From: Macrostomum lignano
Lineage: Eukaryota
Assembly: GCA_002269645.1 (NCBI GenBank)
Contig: NIVC01001974.1
Location: 124,001 to 188,000 of the forward strand
Length of the DNA stretch: 64,000 nt
Direction of reading: 5' to 3'
The notes under the pieces were generated by a model that was not told the origin of the DNA, did no database searches, and saw only the letters and a program-made list of their open reading frames with translations. Positions 52,411-63,612 of this stretch are shown here, in pieces. A program made the translations under genes and the position numbers. The stretch's first letter is position 1, and every line of letters begins with the position of its first letter.

Positions 52411-55400
52411 GAAGGAGTGCAGCAAGCAAAAAAGGAATTTGCCAAAGCAGTGGCAAAATATATTGAAGCTTATCTACTACTGACTTCACCTTATATGAAG
52501 CATCAGAATGTAGAGATGATTTCTAAATTTTTAACCTATGCATCTTCCCTGCAAGAGGCAAGTATTATTTGAAAGAAATAATTTTCAAATTCTATTTGCA
52601 ATCTTATTCATTAATGCTGTTGTCTTTCTTTTTTAGATGCTTACAAAATTGGACAGTTCTAATGAACAGCAGTTAAAATTAATTTCTAGTTTAATAACAC
52701 ATTCTGTGTCTCATCTCTGCCCTGAATTGGCAACTGTGCTCACCTATGACAGCTTAAGAAATGGGGTTGCACTCATGATTCAGGTTTGTTGGCAGACTGC
52801 TCTTATAATAAATCAATTATAATTCGGTTTCAGGCTATCTCTTGCTCACATATTTCATTAAGGTTGATTAGTGAATCATAGTAGCAAAAGTAAACAATGA
52901 TAGAATGAACTGAAGACAAAACACCATGACAGAGGGTTTACGAGAATTGCTTCACATAGATTATCCTGCCTGCCATTGAGTATATCTAAGGGGCGCCAGC
53001 GCCAGCTACAGATGGGGCGCCAGCTACAGATGGGGCGCCAGCTACAGGGGGCACCAGCTACAGAGGGGGCGCCAGCTACAGAGGGGGCGCCAGCTACAGA
53101 GGGGGCGCCAGCCACAGAGGGGGCGCCAGCTTCAGAGGGGGCGCCAGCTACAGAGGGGGCGCCAGTTACATATGGGGCGCCAGCCACAGAGGGGGCGCCA
53201 GCCACAGAGGGGGCGCCAGCTACAGTGGAGCGCCAGCTTTAGGGGGGCGCCAGCTACAGAGGGGGCGCCAGCTACAGAGGGGGCGCCAGCTTTAGGGGGG
53301 CGCCAGCTACAGAGGGGGCGCCAGCTTTAGAGGGGGCGCCAGCTACAGAGGGGGCGCCAGCTACAGAGGGGGCGCCAGCTACAGAGGGGGCGCCAGCTAC
53401 AGAGGAGCGCCAGCTACAGGGGGGCGCCAGCTACAGAGGCTTCAGCTAATTCGCTGACCCAAATGCAAACAGCTGCCACTCAGTCAACAGTTGCATATGA
53501 AACTATTTATTTATAATTTTGTATTATTCATTTTTATTTTTTCTCCAAATTTTTCAGGCCATTTTGTGCAGCAGTCATGCGTCTAAGGAAGTGAAAAACT
53601 TTGTACTGACGAAATACTCAACTCAAGCAGCTCCTGTTAATGTAAGAAGATTTTCAATTTTGTTGGGATTCTTGGTATATCAAGAGTCAAGAGACTTATA
53701 TTCATTGTCAAATTTGAGTTCATCTGTAAGCATGGAGTCTTCTGCGAATTCTGCAGTGAATTGGTGGGGAAGAGATCAGATACCAAGAAACATAGTTCTC
53801 CGTCCTACTACTTGAGTAGTATGCTCTGAAAAAAAACGGATTTTTCTCGACAGAATTCGTCTACAAGCACTGTAGCGACTAAAGAATTGTGCAGTGCAGA
53901 TCGGAAAAATTTTTTCATCAATGATTGCATTTGATCTAGTTCGGTGAAAATTAGCATTCTTTTGAAGCACTTAGGGTTGGCTCGGGGTGGCCCTTGTGGG
54001 TCTTTGAATCCCACCGTTGCCACCAACGTTGTACCTGTGCTTCTCCTGCTATCTAGCACAGTGATTTGGGCTCTCCGTCTTTTCAACCGGAAGCCTTCTA
54101 TTAGCTCTTAGTAGCGTAGGTAGTGCTGCCACCAGTTCCTTCAGGTCTCAGCCTTCGATGAGGTGAGCTTCCTTTCAGAACGAAATAAACAAGTCAACGA
54201 ACTCAGCACAGCGTGCAGATTTGCAGATTAATGAACAAGGCGTTATGGTCAGCAGACCCCCCCCCCGGCTCGGGGTGGCTGAGAAGGCAGTGTTAGCCTC
54301 CCTTAGGCTTGGGCGTTTAAGTTTAGTCAGGTCAATTACAGATAGCTTAAATGGGCAGCTGAACGAAGTCTGGAAAACTAGAGTAAAGAAGAACGACAAA
54401 AAGAGGAAAGACTACAATAAGAAGACGACGAAGACAAATAAGACAAATCCTTGACTTATTTGCTGACTGAATGTTGCTCATGTTGCTCACTGAACCCAGG
54501 GTGAGGGGCACGTATTTATAGGCAGGGAATCTCCGCTGCGCCAGTGTGCGCCGGACCTCGTGACTCTGTTCTATTTTTAGAACTGACGTCACCCTCCGCC
54601 TTAGAGAAGGCAGGGTCTGCGGGTAAAGTGCACAGGGCCACATGACTCAGTATCTATTTTTAGAAACATGAGTCACTGTCACCTGTTACCTCAGAGAAGG
54701 CAAGGGCCCCGAAACACGTGATATGCACTGTGTAAGTATGTAAGTATGTATGTATGTATGTAGGATCTAATATGCAATAAAATAATGCAATTATACCTAC
54801 AATAATGGCCTTGAGAGTGCCGAAATTCTAAATTTTTATTAACAAATATACTTGATATACTTGAATATACTTGAGTCTTCACTGCCCCAGATCAAATGCA
54901 ATCATTGATTTTTGTGATGAAAAAATCACTATCTACGCGGAACGTGTATTTATTTCAGAAAATTGGCCTCCAAAAAATTACATGATCTTTGTGTTTTTAC
55001 AGCCTGTTATAGTACAGTGGTCCTTGATTTGTCTATGGTGAAACCCCCTTTCAGCGCTCAACCCCATTCACCCCATTCAACTTTCAGGCTCAGCTATCTT
55101 TCATTGGCTCTCAGTTGCGCACAATATTCTCGAATAATGTGGCTTCATTTGACTCGGGCTTAGCTTGCGTGCATTCGCATCAGCTGTTAAGTAGATGTCG
55201 ATGCTACCTGCTAGCAGAGAATCAAAGCTATGATGATCCCGCTGTTGTTAATGCTGTTGTTAGGGGATATTTGCTCCATCTGATTGAGCAGTGCCCTGCT
55301 GGTATGGCGGTGAGTTCATATCGTAACAGTTGCCTTTTTAATCTATAGTGGGATGTAACATTCTAAGAATGATGATTTTTAATTTTTGTGAGGCTCCTGT

Positions 55401-57975
55401 GATCAGTTTTCTCAGAATGATGATTTTGAATTTTTGTGAGGCTCCTGCGATCAGATTCTCAGAATGATGATTTTGAATTTTTGTGTGGCTCCTGCTATCA
55501 GATTCTTAGAATGATGATTTAGAATTTTTGTGAGGCTCCTGTGATCAGATTCTAAGAATGATGATTTAGAATTTTTTGTGAGGCTCCTGTGATCAGTTTC
55601 TCAGAATGATGATTTTGAATTTTTGTGAGGCTCCTGTGATCAGATTCTAAGAATGATGATTTTGAATTTTTGTGAGGCTCCTGTGATCAGTTTTCTCAGA
55701 ATGATGATTTTGAATTTTTGTGAGGCTCCTGTGATCAGATTCTAAGAATGATGATTTTGAATTTTTGTGAGGCTCCTGTGATCAGATTCTCAGAATGATG
55801 ATTTTGAATTTTTGTGAGGCTCCTGTGATCAGTTTCTAAGAATGATGATTTTGAATTTCTGTGAGGCTCCTGTGATCAGTTTCTCAGAATGATGATTTTG
55901 AATTTTTGTGAGGCTCCTGTGATCAGTTTCTAAGAATGATGATTTTTAATTTCTGTGAGGCTCCTGTGATCAGTTTCTCAGAATGATGATTTTGAATTTT
56001 TGTGAGGCTCCTGTGATCAGTTTCTAAGAATGATGATTTTGAATTTCTGTGAGGCTCCTGTGATCAGATTCTCAGAATGATGATTTTGAATTTTTGTGTG
56101 GCTCCTGCGATCAGTTTCTAAGAACTATGATCTTGAATTCCTACCATACTACTTGCAGAGTCTATTGATTCGAGCGACCATAAGGCCGGAGATTTTGCAA
56201 TTCTCAGACAATAATTGCCCCAGCAACAAGGCCATTATTGATTCCGTTAGCAGCTTCGTGCGTCTGGAACTGCTGAGAGAGCAACCGACCATTGCAGACC
56301 TGTGAGCGAGAGTGGGTGACCTTTTATTCAGTAGATAAAATTTGTCTAAACCGCAGCCAAAGTACATTGGATTCTTATAAACTATAGTTAAAGTAAATTT
56401 GATGGTTAATGAACTAGTTAAAGTACATTGGATGCTTATGAACTATAGTTAAAGTACATTGGATGCTTATGAACTATATTTAAAGTACATCGGGTGCTTA
56501 ATGAACTATAGTTTAAGTACATCGTATGCTTAATGAACTATAGTTAAAGTACATCGGATGCTTAATTAATTATAGTTAAAGTACATCGGATTCTGAATAA
56601 ACTAGGTAAAGTACATCGGATACTGAATGAACTATAGTTAAAGTACATTGGATGCTTATGAACAATAGTTAAAGTACATTGGCTGCTTATGAACTATATT
56701 TAAAGTACATCGGGTGCTTAATGAACTATACTTAGAGTACGTCGTATGCTTTATGAATTATATTTAAAGTACATCGGATGCTGAATGAACTATAGTTAAA
56801 GTACATTGGATGCTGAATGAACTATAGGTAAAGTACATCGGATGCTGAATGAACTATAGTTAAAGTACATTGGATGCTTATGAACTATAGTTAAAGTACA
56901 TTTTTTATTAGAGGCAGGGGGGTTGTGTGCACCCTGGCGCACTTTAAGCGACATAGGCACACAACCGGCGAGAGGCATTACTGCCCATTCCGCCGACTCC
57001 CCTGAGCAGGCATACAAGCTCGCGGATACGTACGCAGGCACACACTCACACAGGAGTGTACAGCGGCCCTAAATTTATTTTATCGTTAGGCATGTACACT
57101 TCACTGCGCCTTGGGGGGTTGGCTCTCAAGGCCGTTAATTGCACGAGCAGAGCCAAGCCGAGATTCCAATTCGGCCCCAAATTAATGTGACTGCACTTGG
57201 AATCGAGCCTGGGTCGCTGGCACACCAGAGCAGCTGCGCTACCGCTGGGCTACAGCCCCCCTCTGTTAAAGTACATTGGATGCTTATGAACTATATTTAA
57301 AGTACATCGAGTGCTTAATGAACTATACTTAGAGTACGTCGGATGCTGAATGAACTATAGTTAAAGTACATTGGATGCTTTTGAACTATAGTTAAAGTAC
57401 AATATATGCCTTATAAAATGCAGTTAAAGTCCATAGAATTCCTATCGACCATAGTTAAAGTACATTTTCTTCTTAGATAAAGATGTTAGGATCTGAACCA
57501 TACTTAAGTAAAATTATTTTTATGAACTATAGTCAAAGTGCTGCTATATTTTACGAGCCTAGATGTACTTTTACTAAGCTCAACCCAGTCTCCCTCCGGC
57601 ATCTTGCGCCCTCCATGCTCTCGCTGCAGACACCTGGCCCTCTTATGCATAGAGCCGGACATTCTCCTGTCTCTGCTCGGCCACCCGAACCTGTCCACAA
57701 TTGCCTGTCCGGCCATTACATCTGCCTTCGTCCTCCTGTCCGAGACTTCAATAACCGTGTCCGACAATCGCTTGAGTTTAAATCTGCCCGAATCTCTGGC
57801 CTGGCTAAGAGGCGACCTCGTCATAGCAACGGTTGCTAAGCAACTGCGCGCCATTCTAGCCAGTCCGTTGCCGCAGTGCGTCCGAATTTTGCATCGCCTC
57901 GAATTGTTGGCCGATTCGGGGTCTGCCGGACTGTCCCTGCTACTGCAGTCTTTGTTTGAGCACCTTGGCGTCTGA
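52411..57975 (+). CDS. Uncharacterised Leu-rich, probably all-helical protein, 5'-incomplete; exons 52411-52557, 52637-52783, 53558-(53641 or 53725), 55088-55309, 56159-56301, 57630-57975
   Basis: Six stop-free segments bounded by pyrimidine-rich AG acceptors and phase-compatible donors (0,0,0,0,2), separated by minisatellite-filled introns. No family recognised. Confidence 0.6.
52990..53432. repeat. 18-bp G-rich minisatellite (GGGGGCGCCAGCTACAGA)
   Basis: About 24 units in an otherwise AT-rich intron. Confidence 0.93.
53996..54716 (-). mobile_element. LTR (about 687 bp, TG...CA, 54716-54030) followed by a tRNA-Leu primer-binding site
   Basis: On the minus strand: TGTTTC start, AP-1/CRE/MEF2-like sites, TATAAATA plus TCAGT initiator, GTACA end, then TGGTGGCAACGGTGGGAT, complementary to the 3' end (with CCA) of tRNA-Leu. 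No gag/pol seen. Confidence 0.65.
54487..54520 (-). promoter_or_regulatory. Pol II core promoter (TATA + Inr) within the LTR
   Basis: TATAAATA at 54520-54513 and a TCAGT initiator whose A (54491) lies 29 nt downstream. Confidence 0.6.
55361..56122. repeat. 47-48-bp minisatellite (TTCTCAGAATGATGATTTTGAATTTTTGTGAGGCTCCTGTGATCAG.)
   Basis: About 16 near-identical units filling the intron. Confidence 0.93.
56375..57470. repeat. 31-32-bp minisatellite (AAAGTACATTGGATGCTTATGAACTATAGTT) interrupted by a SINE
   Basis: Tandem periodicity on both sides of 56901-57264. Confidence 0.92.
56901..57264 (-). mobile_element. Full-length tRNA-derived SINE with target-site duplication
   Basis: A-box TAGCCCAGCGG (57252-57242), B-box GGCTCGATTCC (57209-57199), 3' CTAATAAAAAA tail, flanked by direct repeat GTTAAAGTACA (56890-56900 and 57265-57275). 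Confidence 0.85.
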
Positions 57976-58034
57976 ACTCTGAACTGCCAGAAGTTCTCAA
58001 TAGGGCTCTGAATTCCAGCTCATCTTATGCCATC

Positions 58035-58615
58035 TGTCCTTTCTCACCTTATCTTATCTCATCTATTCTCACCAGTACTTTTTTCTCATCTCAACTCATC
58101 TAATCTAATCTTACCTGTTCTTTCTCATCTCATCTCATCTAATCTCACCTGTCCTTTCTCATCTCATCTCATCTTATCTAATCTCTCCTGTCCTTTCTCA
58201 TCTCATCTCATCTCATCTTATCTCACCTGTCCTTTCTCATCTCATCTTATCTTATCTAATCTCACCTGTCTTATCTCATCTTATCTTATCTCACCTGTCC
58301 TTTCTCATCTCATCTCATCTTATCTAATCTCACCTGTCCTTTCTCATCTCATCTCATCTTATCTAATCTCACCTGTCCTTTCTCATCTCATCTCATCTTA
58401 TCTAATCTCACCTGTCCTTTCTCATCTCATCTCATCTTATCAAATCTAACCTGTCCTTTCTCATCTCATCTTATCTAATCTCACCTGTCCTTTCTCATCT
58501 CATCTCGTCTTATCTAATCTCACCTGTCTTTTCTCACCTTATCTCATCTTTTTTAATTCTACCTGTCGTTTCTCATCTCATCCCATCTTATTAAATGTCA
58601 CATGTCCTTTTTAAT
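58035..58615. repeat. (TCTCA)-based pyrimidine-rich repeat with about 40-bp higher-order unit
   Basis: Direct inspection. Confidence 0.88.
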
Positions 58616-59250
58616 CTCCTCTGCTTTTATAGGTATGCCATTTTCAGCTTAATTTGTCTGTCTAGTCTCAACTCATTCTGTATAAGATAAGTATTTAATT
58701 AATACACTTTCTTTAGTAATAATATGCACACAAAATTATAAACTTTATAAACTTAATTATAAAGACTCAATCCAGTTGTAATTATTTATCTGCTCAACGC
58801 CTAGAGCAGTACAGAGCATATGGAAGCGCAGTCATGCTCGTACATTCGAGAATACGAAGAATAGACGAAAGCACGTCTGCATGCATGGGACAATGGACCG
58901 AGTCTGTGCGTCACAGAGTTTGCACGTTGGCGAAGCTTTGGTGTGGATGTGGAACAGAGAAAGAGAGAGGATTCGGTGAGAAGCGTACCGTAGCCAGTTA
59001 AACACTAGGAAAGAGTTTAACTGGAATGGCGTGACAAGAATCAGCCTTAATGCGCGTGTACAATGCGCGGCACACTTTCGAATGTACAGTGAACGATTGA
59101 GCCCTCTTCTATGCCAACTTTGACATATTTACTGCTAGCTACATGTATCGTTTGAAAGCGCAACTCGGCTATTTCTGCAGTAACCTTTCTGCGACACTTG
59201 AAGAGTATTGCTTTGTTGCCAAGGCACTAGTCTAAACCTAGGATATTGAT

Positions 59251-61883
59251 ATGACTGCTAGCGTTGGGCGGTTCACTGGTTTGACATCGCTGTGTCTTCT
59301 TGTATCTGGTCTGGTTTGCCTCTGCAGCATCAATGGTGGTAAGTTTTCGGCCGGCTTCCACTGCACATATGCCTAAAATCATTGTCTGCAGATCCTCCCA
59401 GCCTACCAGATCCTCAGTTGCTGGGCCAGCCTCCCAGATCCTCAATTACTGAGCCAATCCCCCAGATCCTCACTGCAGTTGTTGGGCCAGCCTCCCAGAT
59501 CCTCAATTACTGAGCCAATCTCCCAGATCCTCAGTTGCTGGGCCAGCCTCCCAGATCCTCAATTGCTGAGCCAATCTCCCAGATTCTCAGTTTTGAGCCA
59601 ATCTCCCAGATTCTCAGTTCTGAGCCAATCTTCCAGATCCTCAGAAAAGACAGTTCCAACCGAAAACTCACAATTCTCAGCCCAAGCATACGAGGTCTGC
59701 ACCATAAAGCCATTCACGAACTCACCCAAGACCACTTTGTACGTGCGCTGTCGCGACTACTGCTGCCGGAGTGAGAACTCTAGTAGTAGCTCTTCGAATT
59801 ACTGCTGCAGCGACTGCAGCCTCAGCGTTCGCAACAGCGGCAGTTGTGCACCTGAGCAGCTTTGGCGATAGTGAGTGCTTTCCAAACAGGGTTTATTGGC
59901 TCATATTGTGAGTGAGTGAATGAGTGACTTACGTGTAGGGAGCGAGTGAATGTTTTATTAAGTGAGTAAGTGTATGAATGAGTTAGTGAATGAATTAGTG
60001 AGTGAATGTGCGAGTGAGTGACTGTGTGTGAGTGAAAAAATGAGTGAGAGATTGTGAGTGAATGAGTGAGTTACGAGTAGCGAGAGAGTGAATGTTTGAT
60101 TGAGTAATTGAGTGAGTGAGTGACTGTTTGAATTAGTGAGTGAGTGAATGAGTTAGTGAGTGAATGAATGAATGAGTGAATGAGTGAGTGATTGAATGAG
60201 TGAGTTAGCGAGTGAATGAGTGAGTGAGTGAATGAGTTAGTGAGTGAATGAATGAGTGAATGAGTGAGTGAGTTAGCGAGTGAATGAGCGAGTGAGTGAA
60301 TGAGTCAGTGAGTAAATGAGTGAGTGAGTGAATGAGTTAGTGAGTGAATGAATGAATGAGTGAATGAATGAGTTAGCGAGTGAATGAGTGAGTGAGTGAG
60401 CGAGTGAATGAGCGACTGAGTGAGTGAGTTCCTCGGGAGTTATGACCACAGTCAAGATATAACATTTTAAATCTCTAACCATAATCGTGTCGATGGTCAC
60501 TGTAAAAATTTGCTCTCTTAGCTCGCAAAGAAACCTTTTTGTAGAGGCACCGCATGAACCCGATGAACTTTGGTCACGACACCCTCTATGTATTCGAAAA
60601 TTTGAGACAATTGCCAAGACGTATAGAGTTGAAAAAAAAATGTTTTTATTGATTGGTTAAACAAAAACTCTTTACCGTCTCGGACTGGCGTTGGCGTGTA
60701 AAGAAGTGCATTTCAAAAAGATACATTGCATGCACAAGTATATTTACTTAGAAAATATCGTTAGGTATAAAATGCTACCTTATAGGCGTACCCCCTATGC
60801 TCTTGTTGTAAGTTATTTATGCTAATAGAATCGATTAAAGAATTAAAGAATCTTCTCTAATATTGTTTGAATGAATAGTTTTCAATACGCTCATAAGCTG
60901 TGTTATAATTTTAGTGTGCTCTATATCGGCTTCGGTGTCTGCGGCGCTGTGGTGCTCTGCTACCTGTTCACCTACCTGGTCAAGAATTGCAAGGGTTCAC
61001 TGAAGCGTAACTGCACCTGTTGCTGGCAGAGGAGCGGCCGAGTTCGCGACCCGACCGTGGGTGAGTGACTCAAGTTCTGCGTGCTGGTCACTGGTCAGCA
61101 TCACTGGTCCACTCAGTCAGTCACTTAATCACTATGTCATAAACTTATTCATGAACTCACTCATAAACTCACTCAAAAACCCAGTCATGAACTCACTCAT
61201 AAACTTATTCAAGAACTCAATTATGAACTCACTCATAAACTCACTCATAAACTCACTCATGAACTTATTTACGAATTTATTTATGAACTCAATTATAAAG
61301 TTAATTACTTCTGAACTTACTCATGAACTCACTCATGAGCTCACTTATGAACTCACCCATGAAGACACTCATGAACTCACTCATGAGCTCACTTATGAAC
61401 TCACCCATGAAGACACTCATGAACTCACTCATAACCTCACTCATGCACTCACCCATGAACTCACTCATAAACCCAGCCATGACCAGCTCATCTGCCTGGA
61501 TTGGCAACGCTCGTCCCAGGGCGCTTCGACGCGTCCGCCGCATCAGCGCCGGCGTCGCTAACCGAGGTGTCGACACCGACGTCGAATTAGGCGGTGGCGA
61601 CACCGACAGTTGCTATGGTAACGAGGAGCCTTGGCTGTCGGCCTGGGGTGCGCAGCCGTCGCTGCACGCTCCGCCGCCTCCAGCCTACACGCGGGAATCC
61701 CAGAGTCAGCAGCCGGACAGCAGCGACGGTCGAGAGGACCGGCCGCCGCCCACTTATTCGGCAGTCACTGCGGCGGATGGCGACGAAGTCGAAGAAGCTG
61801 TCGGCTCAACAGCCGAGCCACCGCCGGCATATTCAGCCTGCGCTGAGACGGCAGCAACAGCCGACAGTGAAAACAGCAGTTGA
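59251..61883 (+). CDS. Shisa-like/WBP1-VOPP1-type single-pass adaptor, 276 aa; join(59251..59338,59681..59870,60915..61060,61477..61883)
   Basis: Signal peptide (MTASVGRFTGLTSLCLLVSGLVCLCSING|AQA), Cys-rich ectodomain (C..C.CC..CC.C.C), TM YVLYIGFGVCGAVVLCYLFTYLV, juxtamembrane Cys cluster, and three PPxY motifs (PPAY, PPTY, PPAY). All junctions are phase-compatible (1,2,1). Confidence 0.82.
59372..59645. repeat. 27-28-bp minisatellite (CTCCCAGATCCTCAGTTGCTGGGCCAGC-type)
   Basis: Tandem periodicity in intron 1 of the Shisa-like gene. Confidence 0.85.
59907..60428. repeat. Degenerate (GAGT/GAAT)n
   Basis: Direct inspection; intron 2 of the Shisa-like gene. Confidence 0.9.
61100..61468. repeat. 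12-bp (ATGAACTCACTC)-type repeat
   Basis: Direct inspection; intron 3 of the Shisa-like gene. Confidence 0.88.
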
Positions 61884-61984
61884 AGCTCATTGAACTGACC
61901 GCAGCTTGAATAGGAGAGTTCTGATGAAGTGCTCTGATTTCTGCTGCTGGATGCTGATCGCGGCAACTCTGCACTGAGTTTTTA

Positions 61985-62960
61985 TGTCTCCCGTCTACTC
62001 TACTGTCTTCCATCTACTCTCTACTGTCTCCCATCTACTCTCTACCGTCTCATCTACTATCTACTGTCACCCATCTACTCTCTACTGTCTCCCATCTGCT
62101 CTCTACTGTCTCCCATCTACTCTCTACTGTCTCCCGTCTACTCTACTGTCTCCCATCTACTCTCTAATGTCTCCCATCTACTCTCTACTGTCTCCCATCT
62201 ACTCTCTAATGTCTCCCATCTACTCTCTACTGTCTCCCATCTACTCTCTACTGTCTCTCAGCTACTCTCTACTGTCTCCCATCTACTCTCTACTGTCTCC
62301 CATCTACTCTCTACTGTCTCTCATCTACTCTCTACTGTCTTCCATCTACTCTCTACTGTCTCCCATCTACTCTCTACTGTCTCTCAGCTACTCTCTACTG
62401 TCTCCCATCTACTCTCTACTGTCTCCCATCTACTCTCTACTGTCTTCCATCTACTCTCTACTGTCTCCCATCTACTCTCTACTGTCTCTCATCTACTCTC
62501 TACTGTCTCCCATCTACTCTCTACTGTCTCCCATCTACTCTCTACTGTCTTCCATCTACTCTCTACTGTCTCCCATCTACTCTCTACTGTCTCTCATCTA
62601 CTCTCTACTGTCTCCCATCTACTCTCTACTGTCTCCCATCTGCTCTCCACTGTCTCCCATCTACTCTCTACTGTCTCTCATCTACTCTCTACTGTCTCCC
62701 ATCTACTCTCTACTGTCTCTCATCTACTCTCTACTGTCTCCCATCTACTCTCTACTGTCTCCCATCTGCTCTCCACTGTCTCCCATCTACTCTCTACTGT
62801 CTCTCATCTACTCTCTACTGTCTCCAATCTACTCTCTACTGTCTCCTATCCACTCTCTATTGTCTCTCATCTACTCTCTACTGTCTCCCATCTACTCTCT
62901 ACTGTCTCCCATCTACTATCCACGGTCTCCATCTACTAATCTACTCTCTACTCTCTACTC
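61985..62960. repeat. 21-bp minisatellite (TCTCCCATCTACTCTCTACTG)
   Basis: Tandem periodicity. Confidence 0.93.
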
Positions 62961-63612
62961 TCTCGCATCTACTGTCTACTCTCCTATCTTCTCTCTGAAC
63001 TCCTCTTTTCCTCTCTCCTCTCCTCTCTCTAATCCTTCCTCTCTCATCATTCATATTATAGGTCCATAGTATTAATTTTGTAATCTTGGTTCTGTAATTT
63101 CTATGCAATTAAAATTATAGATATTTTTGTTGCACAATGTCTAACTTATGTTGGCTGGTTGCTGACATCAGCTGTTCTCTGAAGAAGCTATTAGAAACTA
63201 CTATGGTAGTAGTACCACACGAGTCGCGCAAAATGAAAAAAAAATTAGTTGATTTTTACAGCATAAAAATATTTATTTTGTTGTCCAAGTTTTACTAACA
63301 AACAATAAAGTCTATTTTATTTAATGTAATATTTTTTGTTAATATGAGATAAAATTTCAAAATTGGAATGGCTAATTCAATAAAATTATAATAATTAGTT
63401 TTTGTTGATACATTCATCCTTACAATATTTTGCCAAACTACAATTGAAAGAATACAAGGAATATAAAATGTACGAGTATATTGTTGTTAAGTATTTACTC
63501 GAAGTTTACGCGAATAACCTACTTTGCATTTTACTCGTATACTGTAGAATTTTATTTAGTGCGAACTTCGTAAATCTGAAAAAAATCTATTTAAATGTGC
63601 TGTTTAAACACG

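Noticed and set aside
52990-53432. Tandem CTCF-binding array (AGGGGGCGC)
   Set aside because: Only the 3' half of the CCASYAGRKGGCRS motif matches, and CTCF is reported absent from flatworms if that taxon guess is right.
53996-54025. tRNA-Leu gene
   Set aside because: Only the 3' about 30 nt including encoded CCA match; no 5' half. Better explained as a retrotransposon PBS.
61610-61623. X-box-like GTTGCTATGGTAAC
   Set aside because: Lies within a coding exon far from any evident TSS.
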